From assembly GCA_964291405.2 (NCBI GenBank), contig OZ219926.1:736001-800000 (forward strand): a stretch of 64,000 bases of DNA. Reading direction: 5' to 3'. The notes beneath the pieces were generated by a model. The model was not told where the DNA came from and made no database searches. It saw only the letters and a list, made by a program, of their open reading frames with translations. How positions within the stretch are numbered: position 1 is the first letter of the stretch; every line of letters begins with the position of its first letter. The translations under genes were made by a program, and so were the position numbers. Positions 63,430-64,000 of this stretch are shown here, piece by piece. The DNA is from Thermodesulfobacteriota bacterium. Its GTDB lineage: Bacteria > Desulfobacterota > Binatia > Bin18.

Positions 63430-63831
63430 TTAGAGACGGAAAATAGAAAGGGACAGATACCGGGGGACAGAGTGTTGGGCTCGTCCTTCTGAGAGTCGAA
63501 GATCAAGGGAGAGCGACTGGGGGAAAAAACCAACCGACGCATCCAAGAACGAAAGAGAGCGTGCCGCAGGTGAGCTTGCAGACAGTTCCGCACCTACCAC
63601 TAACAGAGGCTTGAGAAAGAAATGCTCTCCGCAATCTGGACATTTTTCAGGAGTGGAATGCGGCTCCCTGTCCGGTGTATGACACGGGGTTGTCTGGGTG
63701 CTCTGCGCTACATCAGGAGGAGAGACACTGGTCGTCCGGGTATGGCCTGCAGCAAAGCATATCTGTGTGCAATGCAGGAGTACCACCAGGAAAAGAAAGG
63801 TGACGCAATACCGCTGGTAAACTCGACCCAT
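63430..63831 (-). CDS. Small exported Cys/His-rich protein heading the cus-like operon
   Basis: N-terminal hydrophobic segment (LHC..C), PCH...H...CPDCGEH motif, C-terminus SVPRYLSLSIFRL. Confidence 0.7.
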   Translation of the reverse strand: MGRVYQRYCVTFLFLVVLLHCTQICFAAGHTRTTSVSPPDVAQSTQTTPCHTPDREPHSTPEKCPDCGEHFFLKPLLVVGAELSASSPAARSLSFLDASVGFFPQSLSLDLRLSEGRAQHSVPRYLSLSIFRL

Positions 63832-63943
63832 AGTGGTAGGCTAGCACAGGAGAAGGATTGAAACCATGCAGTCTGCTCGGAGGGTCTCACGCCAGCCGTG
63901 CCAGCCGTTCAGGAGATAGCCCAGCCGAGAAACGAGTACGCCG

Positions 63944-64000
63944 ATGAAATGCCAGCGCGATTTATTTTCTTTGCCCGACGGTCAACACTACCTCAACTGT
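63944..64000 (+). CDS. Partial 5' end of a probable class V PLP-dependent aminotransferase/cysteine desulfurase-like protein
   Basis: ATG 63944 reads MKCQRDLFSLPDGQHYLNC, matching the 'R..F..P....YLN(C)A' N-terminus of class V enzymes; truncated by the window edge. Confidence 0.6.
   Translation, partial: MKCQRDLFSLPDGQHYLNC

Overview
Chromosomal window from a moderately GC-rich Gram-negative bacterium. Gene content and the 16S look Deltaproteobacteria-grade, possibly Binatota; this placement is from memory and unverified. In order it holds: an MFS transporter; a compositionally distinct catabolic operon (LLM oxidoreductase, isochorismatase-type hydrolase, hydantoinase/oxoprolinase B and A); a MaoC-pair/metallophosphoesterase/ferritin-like cluster; ilvB divergent from lrp-gltB-gltD, with a 1-nt frameshift in gltB; and two probable selenoproteins that the ORF track truncates or splits (a U-x-x-C glutaredoxin and a PrdB/GrdB-like protein, each with an in-frame TGA and a downstream hairpin). 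Then come xth, an isolated nuoF-nuoG pair, housekeeping genes (rsmA, tsaD, PBP1b, GT9, cysK, larE), a minus-strand rRNA operon (16S, tRNA-Ile, tRNA-Ala, 23S) with no linked 5S, tldD/pmbA and a DnaQ-GIY-YIG fusion. Next is a PEP-mutase-like/nucleotidyltransferase fusion with a non-canonical active-site loop, followed by a monodomain terpene-cyclase-like gene and a Rieske ferredoxin. The window ends with two convergent heavy-metal RND operons (czc-like and cus-like), each headed by a small Cys/His-rich ORF followed by a similar post-stop inverted repeat. The best candidates for an undescribed system are the PepM-variant operon and the paired metal-efflux leader ORFs. No CRISPR array, transposase or prophage was recognised.
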